Assembly (NCBI GenBank): GCA_040143965.1
Contig: JASJQH010006914.1
Coordinates: forward strand, 1 to 40,173
Length of the DNA: 40,173 nucleotides
From: Basidiobolus ranarum
Lineage: Eukaryota
Direction of reading: 5' to 3'
Shown here: positions 23,318 to 35,916 of the stretch, piece after piece
Numbering within the stretch: the first letter of the stretch is position 1
Layout of the letters: every line of letters begins with the position of its first letter
Notes under the pieces: model-generated
Told to the model about the DNA's origin: nothing
Seen by the model: only the letters and a program-made list of their open reading frames with translations
Databases searched by the model: none
Program-made: the position numbers and the translations under genes

Positions 23318-24547
23318 TGGTACGCGTTCGCGTGGATCTTATCAATGGCTGTATGCCATCTACTTTCTATTTCATGATCGACGTTCGTTTCGAGAGTCTA
23401 GACTCTACTGGGCATCGCTGCTTGTGGATATGAAAATAACAACACAATGAATGACAATCGTAAGGCAATCGTAAGGGGCAGAGACATTTGGTAAGTTGGA
23501 GGTTTTTCATCTATCTATAGATTTTATACATAATCTATTAGATCACCAACTCTGCCTGTCGGAGTGAGTAACTGTCACGTGAATGTGCCATGTCTTCACA
23601 GCCATTGTTTCGTTGCCCTTACTAGCGCTTTTTCAGTATATTCTGGGGAGTTGGATTCGATAGCTATTGGGGCCCAATAAATGGAATCCGTCGATGGCTC
23701 AGCAATTGGTTGACTGTTAATTAAATATTGCTAAGAAAGAATTTAATATCATGGTTCTGATTAAATACTTTAATCTGTGCCGATCTCGATTCATTTAGTT
23801 TCAAAATAGCATCTGCCGTCCAATAATCGAGGGTTAGGGTTAGGATTTCCATCAAGAATATGAAGGATATACCAAATTGGGACTGGCAGTAATTAGCCTT
23901 TTTTCTCTGTAACCGGTGGACGCCTACTTCTTTTGTAGGGTTAGGGTTGCGGTGATGATAACTGGCCCTCGCTTGGTCCTTTTAATCTTACCCTTTCAGT
24001 CTGAGACAGTTTGCGGTTCGGTATTTAAAACCGATTTGAAAGAGAGAGTCTGTTTGGAAAAGTAGCGAGAACTTACGAAACTGACGACTTTTGCTAGCTC
24101 TTCTTCATAGTTTCCTTCCATTTTATCCCCTTCCCTCACTCTTACTTGTCGTCATTTTTCCATCCCGATTTTGTCACATCACTGAAACCTCAGACAAAAT
24201 ACGTATTTTACTCACTTTGGTTTCTAAAGCACTTGCTTTAATAATTATTGAATCTTATATATTATTTTCTCTTCAAACTGGCCATCCCTCAGGGCACTAT
24301 ATAATCAACCTATCTCTCATAGAGAGAATTCTTACTCCTCTTTTTTTTGGAAAGGGTAGTAACCGAAATATCTAGGAGTTTACGGCTTCAATAGAATTAT
24401 TCTCGGACTCTATTTTACTTTTTCTTTACTGTACTGCTAAACCTGCAGGTGTAGTCATTGACATTTGAACAACCACAACAACTCTGTTGATCCACTGGTT
24501 TTCATAAATTCAATAGCTTACTCGTCCAATTTAAATACACTACCGAA

Positions 24548-26783
24548 ATGGGTCTTCGTCGGTTTTTAAGTGGAACCGTAATAGGTTCCATCATGCGAAC
24601 TCGGTATGTTCGTTTGATTAAAGAGGCTTGTAAAAGTATGAACCCCGAGAGTGAAAAGGAGGCCCTTTCTGAGGCTACTGATATATTGATAGCTTTATCT
24701 CAAGATGGTAAGTGGTTGAGGGGTTTTTTCATACCCTTTGAATGTCCCAGTGGTTTACGATAGTTTACCTTTCTATAGAAAGCGAATTCATTGAAATTGT
24801 ACTCACCATGGTGGAAATATTGGACGAAGAAGATCCCTTATCTTCAGCCTTTTTATGTCATATTATAGGTATACCTTTTTCATAACCTTATATGATAAAC
24901 TTTCCTCTTTGCTTAGTATTTTTGCTTTGTAGAATTGGCCGCTTTACCCTCAGTGAAAACCGCTCATCGGATCAACTATCACTTACTTCAAAAAACGAAA
25001 ACCGGTAAGTGAACTCCATTGAAAGGTCCAGTTCTTGAAAGTATCTACTAACATTTCAATATTCTTTAAGCACCTTTATTTCGACCTCACCTCCGCGAAA
25101 GATATCGAATTAACGCATATATAGTGTGGAGTGTTTTAGCCGAACGACTTGCTGGTATGATTGATTTCTCCAATAAATCATCGGTAATCAGAAGAACTAA
25201 TCCAAAATACTCCCCTATATAATTATAGGAAAAGTGAGTGCGATGATTTTCACGGAAGATATTCTAAACAGTTTAATCAATGGTCTATTGGATGAAAGGG
25301 AAAAAGTCAAACTCGCATCCATTATAGCGTTAGAGAAGTTCGCAATGACTGGTAAATTAGCGAATAATTCTAATTCATTTCTCTATCTGTTGATCGTTAA
25401 CCTATTCTATTCGATCTATCTTCATTTTAGGCGATAATAAAATCAAGATCCTTAAATCTGATGTTATCTATCATATTCGTAATGTTGTGAGTAGACAACT
25501 TGAGCGATCATGTTCTTATGAGCGTGGTAATGGTTCAATTGAGCACCGTTTTCGCGAGCTGGATTTATGTGCTCCATGGTCATTAAGACATGCATTTGGT
25601 ATAGATCTCTTTTTTTTTGCTGGATGTAACGATTGCTTTTGTATTTGTGATTAATTTTTCTGTTTAGCTGACCGAGAGGACTTACTTGGTTATCAAGAGC
25701 AGGATATGTGTGAAGCTAGAGAAGCCTTGGTGGGGGTGAACGTTACCTTAAACTGGCTAGACTCAACTCCTCGTTTAAAGTGGTTGCCCTCAGGACTGGA
25801 GGTAATTGAGTTAAATTCTCAACTATATGAAGAACTTGGTTTAAACTAATATCTGTTCATAGATACGTAACGATAATACTACCTTCGAATCTGTGCGTGG
25901 CACCATGTTCGCTAAAGAAGGGTGTTGGTACTATGAAGTGCAATTGTTAACCTCTGGAATTATGCAAATCGGCTGGGCGACAAAGTATACTGCTTTTAGA
26001 CCTGAGGAGGGAGTGGGAGTTGGTGATGATGATCATTCATTTGCCTTTGATGGGAGGAGGAAGTTGGCTTGGGTAAGCGTTGTAATCTTTATGAGAGAGA
26101 ACCCTTTACATGTCCATTTTCTAATGCTTCTTTTAGTCCGATGGTTACCCTATCCCCTATGGTGGTGTAAATTCATGGAGCGAAGGGGATATTCTTGGCG
26201 CATTGCTTGACATGGATTATGGCTTAATCCGATTCTACTTAAATGGGGTGGATTTGGGATCAGCTTTTGAATTCAGTGCTAGACAGTTGTTAAGATTTGA
26301 GGAAGAGGGTGGCTTTTATCCAGCTATATCACTCACCTCCTTTCAACATATCAAAGTGAATTTCGGCAAAGAACCTTTCAGGTAAACATATAGATTTCAA
26401 CCTGAGCAGTCTTCGATTCTATTTACTGATCTCACTATCTTTTCAGGTACCCACCCCTTCAAATTTTCCGAGTATTCAATGACTGCGGAAAATTACCTGA
26501 AAGTTTGTATTTAACTGGTGTATATCCGAAGGTGGATCTAGAACTACAATCAGATCAAACGAGCTTAGAGACGGATCCAAGTGAATTTACCGATCCGTGT
26601 TCCATTTGCTTTGATGGCCAAGCCATGGTCACATTATATCCATGCAGACATGATGGACTTTGCTCGCTTTGTGCTATCCTTATCACCAATTGTCCATTTT
26701 GTAGAACCCCTATCAATGAAAGAGTAAGTCTAGCGGAGGTGGATGAAGCAGCCACATACGTAGAGAGTGTTGATGTAAAGTAA
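24548..26783 (+). CDS. RING finger and SPRY domain protein 1 (RSPRY1)-like E3 ligase, multi-exon
   Basis: EEDPLSSAFLCHII, IIALEKFAMTGDNK, SPRY segments (NTTFESVRGT, WYYEVQLLTSGIMQIGWAT, GVGDDDHSFAFDGRR, FYPAISL) and a C-terminal RING CSICFD...PCRHDGLCSLCAILITNCPFCR. Confidence 0.88.
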
Positions 26784-27226
26784 ACCCAGAACATCTAACC
26801 AGAGTGAATGAAAGAAACGTAGCATTCTAATTCGACGGTTGAACATTCATTTTGTATTTATATATATTCTGCTAACTCACACTCCCTTCGTTACACATCT
26901 CTTCGTTTGTAAATATCTTTTCTAGTCCAATATTTTCCACTAACTATCAAATGGACTGTGTACTCCAACTCTCACACCTCGTCATTAAAATCACACCTCC
27001 CGTTCATCTTTTTGTTTGGGTCTTTTCTTTTCTTTTCTCAACACAGTTGATCCATCTAAAACCTAAAACCAAATAGTCAGATGCATATTAATATCAGAAT
27101 GGAGAGAAGCAAATATACATCATGTCAACCTAAGTTATTTTCATTTATTCTATTTGTCCTTTATTATCTGTACAAAAAGAGATGAAGTATCAGTGAGAAT
27201 AGAATACTTATTCTGACTGAGAGTGA

Positions 27227-29154
27227 CTACCATCTGGGTCCACCAAAGGATCTATTGGCGTTACTGTTGGTTTTAGGTAGATGGGAATTGTTGGATGGGG
27301 AGATATTGAATTTGGGATTTCCCATGTTAGGGTTGATTTTCTTTTTCGGAGTGGATTTACTGGAGCCATCTCTTGGTGGTGGTGAGCGTGGTCTTAGAGC
27401 TTCAATTTCTATCGTAGTAGTAGGGTTAGGTTAACGTGTTCAAAGTGTTATAATGGGAAGGGAGTGGATGTCTTTGAGGAGGGGGGAAGGAGTGATCATT
27501 ACCTGAGTTTCCTCCGAGTAAATGTCCATTTGTGCCCGCGAAGTAGGAGTTATACTTGGTAGAGTTATAATTCGAACCAGTGATACGTTGACCTACGGTA
27601 ACCCAACCAGGACGGATATTATGATTCTGAATAAACAGGATATAATTGTGAATAACCACATTCGTATGTAGACATAGTAGAAGTAGGTAATGATGAATTA
27701 CCTCTCCAAAGAGCTCAAGTCTACGTCTTCCTAAACAGAAGTGTTCAATGATGTGATAAATTTCTTCAGGTTTTGCAGTGCCTAAGGTTACATTAAGGTC
27801 AGTCCAAGTAAAATAGGGAAGTATCTGATCATTCATAAGACTGACTTCCATGTGAGGGTTCTTCGGAAATGATGATATCTGTATCAACATTACAATGAAT
27901 GAAATGTCCATCGGTACTTCTGCGCACGGTTCCTTTGATTCCCATTAAACAATGTTCTTTTGTGTGTTGAAAGACGGATTTTCCTTCGATAAAACGACTT
28001 CCCTTATTTCACTCACTTTAACTTTGTTATTCATACAAGTTGGAGTATAAAGTAATCAACCAAAATACCTCCCAAGTTCGATTGGTTTTGGTCCAAACAA
28101 TATCTTCACATCTACGATATCCCCATTTGGAGAGTAGTCTTCTACCAAGATCTAGTCCTTCCGCACTCCCAGACCAGATAAAAATGAATGATGGATTGGC
28201 AGCAATCTCTTCAATGCGAAGACTCGCTTGAACATATGTTAAGGCGTATATAATCAATCGAATGAAAACCATGAAAATTCTTCAAAAAAAGGATATTAAT
28301 TCCTCATACGTCCAAAAATCTCGGTTAGTACCAGCAATCATAGGTGACCTACGACAATACCTGATCCAAAGAGAGTCAATAACTATAGATTATTGGAATT
28401 CTAGGACCCTGACCAAGACTTACTCTTCTAGAGGGGGATCAATCAATATTACATCGAACTTTGTATCTAAAAGTCTCAAATCGTACGTTCTTAAATCTGC
28501 TTGTAAATACATTGGAGGGGTTCCACGTTCGGCCACCAATTGGTTTTTTAACTTGGCTAATTCTTTGAGTTTAGGATATCTAGGGTGGAAGGTGACGTTA
28601 AGCTTTTGTAAACGTTTTTCCACTTCCAAACTAGCATAGAAATGACTAACTCATCAAAACGTTGCGCTAACTCCGCATCACGAACAAAATTCTGTGGCCT
28701 TTTACTAGTATCGATGAAATGTTGTGCATAGTCGTTGTATACATTGGCCATTCTATCCTCCTATATAAAGCGGAAGGGAGAGGGGTATTTTAGTAAGTGT
28801 ATAGGAGGGAGTAATTTACCAATGACTGCGATAGTAAGAGGATAAGTAAACCAAGGTTACCAGATCACCGCTTTCAATAGAACTTGTAATGTATTTCAGG
28901 TTTTTCAAAGTAGATTTAGGGCGTATATTATATTCAGGTAAGTGTATACTTTGTTTGGTGCAAGCTCTTTCAAGTTCCCAAGTTGAGCTATCCAAAGTTT
29001 CTTCTTTTTCTTCTTCCTCGTTTGGGTTGGATCGAGGTGGTTCCATATTTTCTTGGTCAATAACTATTAAGTTACGTTTTCGAATTTTCTCTTGAATCTT
29101 TTGAGAAAATTCTTTACGAGAAGTCATCCATGTTTCCAAGTCGTTTCGTGACAT
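27227..29154 (-). CDS. METTL14: MT-A70 family m6A methyltransferase scaffold subunit METTL14-like, multi-exon
   Basis: [27 protein letters not shown]...[100 protein letters not shown] and [12 protein letters not shown]. Stop TAG at 27227-27229. Confidence 0.92.
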
Positions 29155-29593
29155 TAGGAATTTCAGTATTCAACTAAGTAAACAAGTAATAATAGTGAAG
29201 TGAGTGATATAGGACTGGATAAAATTCAAGTAGATTCAAATTATCCGAATTTTGTATGAATATTAGAGTGGATTTTCTTTTTCACATACTATTTCATATC
29301 CTTAAATATCCATTGAATGGGATTTTAAAAATGCCTAATATTTCTAGTGAATTTAGCAGAAGTTATGTGAGTCAACGAAATATGATGATTCGTTTGTTAG
29401 TAGCTCATTACTCTAAACCTTTGAGTCAGAGGAAGGATTTTCTTATTTTAACAACCAGTCGACTCAAGGCAATTATCGGGTAATTCAAGGTTTATTATAA
29501 GGGTTGAAGCGACTTTGGATTAGAACAATGAATGGGAATAGTAGAAATTATTGTATATATGTGATATTATGTAATCTATGATGATTGAGGGTA

Positions 29594-31012
29594 TTATTGT
29601 CTATTCATCATTACCATCATAGGAATTAAAGCAGTCCAGAAAAGTGCACGAACTGACGAAGCATCTGAAGTGCCATTCTTTCCATTGGCAGAAACTCCTT
29701 TACCGTCTGTCTTATTGCTACCATTGAGGTCAATTGGCTTGCTATTATCGATATAGTTGCAAGAATCATTTTGACATAGGCACTTGCAACCAACTGGATC
29801 CCACCACAAAGTATCACAGTTATCGGGGACAGGGCATCGGGCACCAGCTGTACCTACAGCCTTGGCACGTCCAGGTGCAGGATTTGATACACTAGGCTCT
29901 GTGGTAGGGCAACCATAGCATGTACTAAAGGAACCACCGGGAAAGTTGCACATCTCTGGTAATCCTGGATCAATCTGGCCACCTTTTACATCAGCGACAC
30001 CATTACAGATCTCCGGGGTTTCTGCTTTAGTTTGACATTTAACGGCAGCAAAGTCTCCCATTTTGGTCTTATCCACTGGATTCTTCATCCAAGTTAAAAG
30101 TTGTTGATTATTAACAAACCACACATCTGCTTGTTGAGATGCCCAAGTGGAGAAGTCTTTGAGCATTTTCACTTGTTCTTGTGGATAAGCGACACCAGGG
30201 GATTTGGAGATGTGTGCGGGATGAAGATAAATTCCAAATGGAGCTCGACTACCATTGTAATGTCTATTAAAGTTATCCTTTAACCATTGAAGAACAGTTT
30301 CCGGCTTTGAATCCAAGTTAGGGTCCATAAGATGTGGAGTGGCACCATCCATGATAGCATACATAGGAATTTCCCAGAAGCCAGGAAGTTTCAAGCCAGT
30401 ATCACAAATACCAGAATAACAGTCATTGGCTATACCATTATCCAATGTATATGGCCAGAATGAATCCCCACCTAAAGCAGTTAAACTCGAGTCATATTCA
30501 AACCCAAGATCGGCGGCATTCTGAAAGGTAGTTGCTGAATAATTCAAAAATGGGGCTCGAAATCCTGCCAATTTCCCTCTAGGAATACCAGCAAAGGAAT
30601 TGATGGCCATACGTGATCCACCCATCTCTTCCTTGGAAGGGTTTCCAATATGATTCATAGTATGACAGGCAACTTCATGACCCATACCGTACCATTGAGT
30701 CACCAAATTATAGTCGGTGTATTGGGTACTGACGTAGAAGGTACCAACAGCTGGACAACCGTTGGGGTTCTTCTGATTAGCGAGGATATCAAGGGCAGCA
30801 GGAAAAGTGTATGCTTGAACGGCATCGTCAAAAGTAATAGTAACAAATTGTGGAGCATTTGTATTGGCAATACCACCAGGCGGATTGGTGGAAGCACAAT
30901 TACATTTTGGAAGCGCACAAGCAGCAGCATCACAACTGTAAGCAGCATCAGAATTCCCGACCAATGCTAAAGTCAACAAAATTGTGGCGAATTTGGACAA
31001 AAGAGATACCAT
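29594..31012 (-). CDS. Secreted, probably GPI-anchored CE4 polysaccharide/chitin deacetylase-like protein, single exon, 472 aa
   Basis: Signal peptide; PQFVTITFDDAV (motif 1), HEVACHTMNH (motif 2), GFRAPFL (motif 3), YDSS and WPYTLD. Cys-rich C-terminal region and a hydrophobic tail after an S/G-rich omega-like site. Confidence 0.9.
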   Translation of the reverse strand: MVSLLSKFATILLTLALVGNSDAAYSCDAAACALPKCNCASTNPPGGIANTNAPQFVTITFDDAVQAYTFPAALDILANQKNPNGCPAVGTFYVSTQYTDYNLVTQWYGMGHEVACHTMNHIGNPSKEEMGGSRMAINSFAGIPRGKLAGFRAPFLNYSATTFQNAADLGFEYDSSLTALGGDSFWPYTLDNGIANDCYSGICDTGLKLPGFWEIPMYAIMDGATPHLMDPNLDSKPETVLQWLKDNFNRHYNGSRAPFGIYLHPAHISKSPGVAYPQEQVKMLKDFSTWASQQADVWFVNNQQLLTWMKNPVDKTKMGDFAAVKCQTKAETPEICNGVADVKGGQIDPGLPEMCNFPGGSFSTCYGCPTTEPSVSNPAPGRAKAVGTAGARCPVPDNCDTLWWDPVGCKCLCQNDSCNYIDNSKPIDLNGSNKTDGKGVSANGKNGTSDASSVRALFWTALIPMMVMMNRQ

Positions 31013-31303
31013 TGTGATGTGAGAAAAGGATGGGACGGTATCTTTCTATCGTTGACCACTTGACCATTATATACAGAACGGCAATCTACGTGATTCATTA
31101 TCCTTACAACTCGCAACCCATATATCTTCTATTACCCATATATCTATCTTCGATTACCCACAAATCGGGATTTATCATTGAATTATTGTTTTTCGCTCAA
31201 ATGGTGCATGCTTCCAATAGCTAGTTTGTATTGTGATCGCCACAATTCAGATACATTTAATGCGAGTAGGATCAAAGAGATCGATCTACCTGGCATAAAT
31301 ATC

Positions 31304-31370
31304 TATATACCATTATACTATAATCATGAGACGATATATATATATACCATTATACTATAATCATGAGACG
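31304..31370. repeat. Perfect 30-bp direct duplication upstream of the CE4 gene
   Basis: TATATACCATTATACTATAATCATGAGACG at 31304-31333 and 31341-31370, separated by ATATATA. Confidence 0.85.
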
Positions 31371-32344
31371 CAAGACGTATGAATTCGCAATAGGTGCTTG
31401 GCCATTAATTGAATCCCTTTAGATGAAGCTGTAGTTAAGCAAATCTCCTGAATGTTGATCAATTATGCATGTTGTTCATCTGGTGAAAAAGTTTGTACTT
31501 TACGCCTATAATTGAATCAGTAATCGGATGCATTTCTTTCGAACAGTTAGTTGGCTAAAGAAACCCAATCGACACAATATCCTGAAGTCAGTTAAGCTTA
31601 TGAGGAAATTAGTTAAATGCTATGCCTCAACTACTGCTATTTTCTGACCTTGCATATGAGCGCCCCTTATTAGCTCTATCCAATGCGCGGCAAAAGTCCA
31701 GCAAAGTGATGCTTCTTTTGGATTGGTGATAATTGACTTGCATAGATATATATGGTTTCTTAAGCACCCCTGATCCCTTTCTACTGCGTGCGGTATATCC
31801 ACGAAAAAGAATGATACTTCAGATTAGTTATACGAACTCACTTATGAGTGAATGTTGAATATTTCAAATCCTATAGAAGCAGAATATCCCACAAATTAAT
31901 GACATGCGCATTATGTCTATAATAGTAGTTCTTTCCATCCTCCCATTCCTGAACCTTTAGAAAAGAAAGTATTTGCTTCTCTCAGTCCCAAAACAAACTC
32001 TAATCTAATCTTGAACGTTGTATGATAGTATATCTCTCCTGCGCCAAGTATGAGCTTACCGAATCACGTAGGTTGTAAATACATCCCAAATACGAATAAC
32101 TCGCCTGAATTTTGGTTCGTATGATGTTCAATATCCCTGGAATATTGCTAAACGTAGTAAATAGTCGGAGATGAAATGCACAACTGATAATTTTTCTTTA
32201 TATACACATGGCGGATTTGGGTATGAAGGGGATCATCTTTTGGTCAACAAACACTGAGGAAAGAGGATGTGAAATGTTCATGAAACGAAAGATTAAACTT
32301 TAAGTACAAATAGGAAAGAGCGAATAATTCTTCAAATCTACAAG

Positions 32345-35285
32345 TTAAAACACCTTGATCATCCCTTCTTCATGATTGCTCGCCACATCAATCTCCGTTA
32401 ACGGCAGATTGTCTATAGCATTCCTTATAACATTGCTATTTTTACAGTCCATATCCAGCGCTTTAGTAAATTCCATCAAAGCGTCGGAAGTGTTGCCAAG
32501 TTTTTTGAACGTCTGGCCTACTAGATAGCGAATACTAGCTTCTTGGGGATATATCTCTTTGAGGTATTGAAAGAGAGGCAATGCTTCCTAAAAATGACGT
32601 CAATATTCGATGTAACCTTGGATTGAAATTTTAAGGATTATGAAATTACCTCATATCTTTCAAGTGCCATCAATGTCTTGGCAATCTTCAATTTAGGCAA
32701 AGGACTTTCAGGGTTGTATTTTTGAGCAGCTTGATACCATCGAAGAGCTTCGGGTAGCTTGTCGGATTTCTCTAAAACCTACGATGGTGAAGAATTGGTA
32801 AGAGGGTTTTCGATGGATATTGAACTGGGATAGATTCGAACTTACTGTGCCAATACAGCAAAGTAGGACGTTATTTGTTGGATTAATCCCTACTGCCTTT
32901 GAAAAGTAGTATTTTGCTGTAGGAATTTTGTCGGTTTTCAACGCGACCGTTCCCATACCGTACCTAGATAGGACATTGAGTGAAAATATTCTAGAAATGA
33001 GTATTATGAAGTGTTCGTACCAAGCATTGTAATGATTTGGATCCAAGCGTAGAGCACTTCTGAAGTGATTCATGGCATTATCATAGTCTTCTGCTGAAAT
33101 ATATTCATGCCCACACAACGTATGACCATAAGCCATATTTGGATCAAGTTGAATGGCTCGCTTGAAGCATCGGATGGCAGATTGATGTTCACGCCTCAAA
33201 CTATAGCAGTTTCCTATAGCAAACCACGATTGTGGAGAGTCTCTGTCTATATCCATCAACTCGTGCCCAAGGTGACTAAGGTTGACCTCTTTTTGTAAAT
33301 GCCAAAGCGTGGTCGAGTAAATTTCAAGACCATCTAAACGATAAGGCTCTACAAGTCTCATTTGTTCAAATTTCTCTTCAGCCTAAGAACAAACCATCAG
33401 TATACGTTTACATGGAAATACACGGTTTTTAGAGAATGTCTCACCTCTTTGTATTTAGCCAACTCAAAATATGCTTTTCCAACGCGAGAAAGAACCCATC
33501 CGGTATTGAACTGAGACGTAGGGAGTGACGAAAAGGTTTCTAGAGCTTGAGCACATTTGTAGTTCTGAAGATAAATGAGAGATTGTCCAATTTTCCTTAA
33601 CAAATCAATCACGATTTCGGTGCCTTTTCTTTTGGAAATTATTTGATGATTCAGGACACTAGAACTGAGTGCATTACTGCTTTTGTTTGTATCATCTTTG
33701 AATGAAAGAGTCTAAGAGATTGTGAATGTTAATAAAATGGTTGGATATTTAGGTGGTAGTTGTTGTGTAATACCGTTTCAACTTTGATTTTTTTGTCTAC
33801 ATCAACTTTATCTATGGAGTTTTCATTTTCAAGTCGGGTTCGTTTGACTCTCGGGGCCACATGAAGTACACTAGTGCCCTATGGAATAGTAAGATAAGTA
33901 TTACGGATATGTATCAGACCACGGTATGTTACTTACTCTGTATGCATTTGTAAAAGTAATGTTCTCAATCTTGGATGGTTTGGGAATCTGTCTAGGCTTG
34001 ACAGAAGGGGCTGGTGGATTGGTAGTGATTGTTGTCACTCTGGCCATTCTCCTAGCTCCTAATTCAGTTTCGACCACGCTGCTTGCTGATTTTATCACTC
34101 TCGATGGTACGGTTTTGATAATGCTAGAGCTCTGAAGATAAGATTAGCCTGACTTTTGTGAAATTAAAATCAATTATGAGTGACATACCTTTTTGGCAAT
34201 ATTAGAGCTCAATTCTCCTCTAGCGCGAGCAGGTATAGTTCTTTGAAGGGTAGGTCTGCGCACATGGGATTCTGCTGAGACGACGCGAGGAAGGACTTTG
34301 TTCGACTGAGCCAGTGTTGAACTTGATTGAAAAGAATGTTAAATTTCGATTATTCAGAAGAGAAGGCTACTACAAAATAACCAACCCGCATTGTAGAGGA
34401 TTTCTGGATACTCCCCTGGTAAGTGGAATCTTCGGTTTGGTGAGTACACGATCTTCTCTGGCATTGGTTCCGATCTGTTCAGGTAGCTTAATGATATCAG
34501 GGTTGGATATTTTCTTCTCAATGTTACCACTGTTGGCAATTTGTGAGGCTCTATTCAGATCGAAATACGTATTGGCATTCATGGCAGTTCCTGTGAAGAG
34601 TACTATTAGCATGTCATGTTAGGATCATATTCCGGCTAATGTCCTACCATTTTTAATATAACATATATTCTCGAAGGCGGCCCAGTGAAACGGGTTAAGC
34701 TCAATACATTTCGAGAATTGCTTCTCAGCATCAGCTTGACGCTCCAATTTTCTATCAGAGAGAGTTGATATCAGTGAGAGAACAAGAACGAATTGAATTG
34801 AGAAGTAATCCAATACCTATACACTAATCCTAAATTCAAATAAACCACACTTTTATCGGGACAATTGTGCCGATTCCGATGATCAATCTTATCTGTTAAA
34901 TAAAGTATTGTCAACATAATGAAATTGTCGCTAACAACACCAACTGAAGTTTACCTAAATTAACCTCTTCATATTGAATATTCTCTTCTGTTAAAAGTGA
35001 GAGTAACAACTTCTCAGCCTCTTCTAATTTTTCTAAATATATGCAGCACCTGGCGAGCATGAATTTGCATGAAAACGACGAGGAGTTTCGTAGATAGTGG
35101 TAAGCGCTATTATATTGTTTCCTTCTAAATAAACATTTGGCCAGGAGGTACTGTGTTTCTTCGTCCAAGGTGGCATAAGCGTGTAATCTTTCAGCAAAGA
35201 AGGTGGCGGTTTCTAAAAGGTCGTGGTCTAAGTGGTACCATATTAAAGATTTGAATTGCGACACTGCAGCTGAGGATATGGTCAT
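32345..35285 (-). CDS. CDC27: Anaphase-promoting complex TPR subunit Cdc27/APC3 (Nuc2/BimA), multi-exon
   Basis: N-terminal IWYHLDHDLLETATFFAERLHA and IELNPFHWAAFENIC, a central low-complexity linker, then TPR block QFNTGWVLSRVGKAYFE, EPYRLDGLEIYSTTLWHL, SPQSWFAIGNCYSL, YGHTLCGHEY and HYNAWYGMG. Confidence 0.93.
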
Positions 35286-35916
35286 TGGATAGCTTTTAAT
35301 AAAGAGCGAGACCGATAGTTGGAGTATTGGGGGAAAAGAAGCAAAGAGCTGTGTGGATACGAGTTATTACAGAATAGCCCAAGTGACGGTACTCAAAGGA
35401 GTCGGTATTCAAACGTATAATGGAGCCAACCACAGACCTACTATCGTCACGATAAATACTAATTGTTTTTCTCTAAAGTGGAAGCGTCAGGAATAAACAC
35501 AGAACACGACATATCATTGGTCTGCTAATTTCAAACAACAGTGACTGAAATTCAAACTCCCAAGGATTTTACATCAAAATAAATCTGGTTCAACTGATGT
35601 AGGACAGTCACGTTTACGCTGTTGAGAGCAAAAACAAATTATTTTGTTTAGATTTGCGCTCTGAATAAATGCTCGCATATATATATAAATTATCCTTTTA
35701 TTGTGAAATTTGAACCAAACTAAGTAAGGAAAGCTGACACTTGAAGTATGTTGATTATTTATTTTGAAGTCCAAGATCTGATTCAATCTAGGCCCTATAC
35801 TCTAGTCCCCTATGGGTTAGTGGGCTAATAGTAAATAGAGGATATTGCACAACGAGCCTCCGTAGTGTCCCTATCCATACACTTTTATTTAGTCCACTAT
35901 TACATATCTACTAACT

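Noticed and set aside
23166-23450. 94-aa ORF containing TLTLALALAPAL
   Set aside because: The repeat-like peptide is a translation of the CCCTAA/CCCTGG hexamer array, with no other coding signal.
27227-29154. DNA 6mA methyltransferase (AMT1/MTA1) or METTL3
   Set aside because: It lacks DPPW and carries METTL14-specific motifs ([22 protein letters not shown]).
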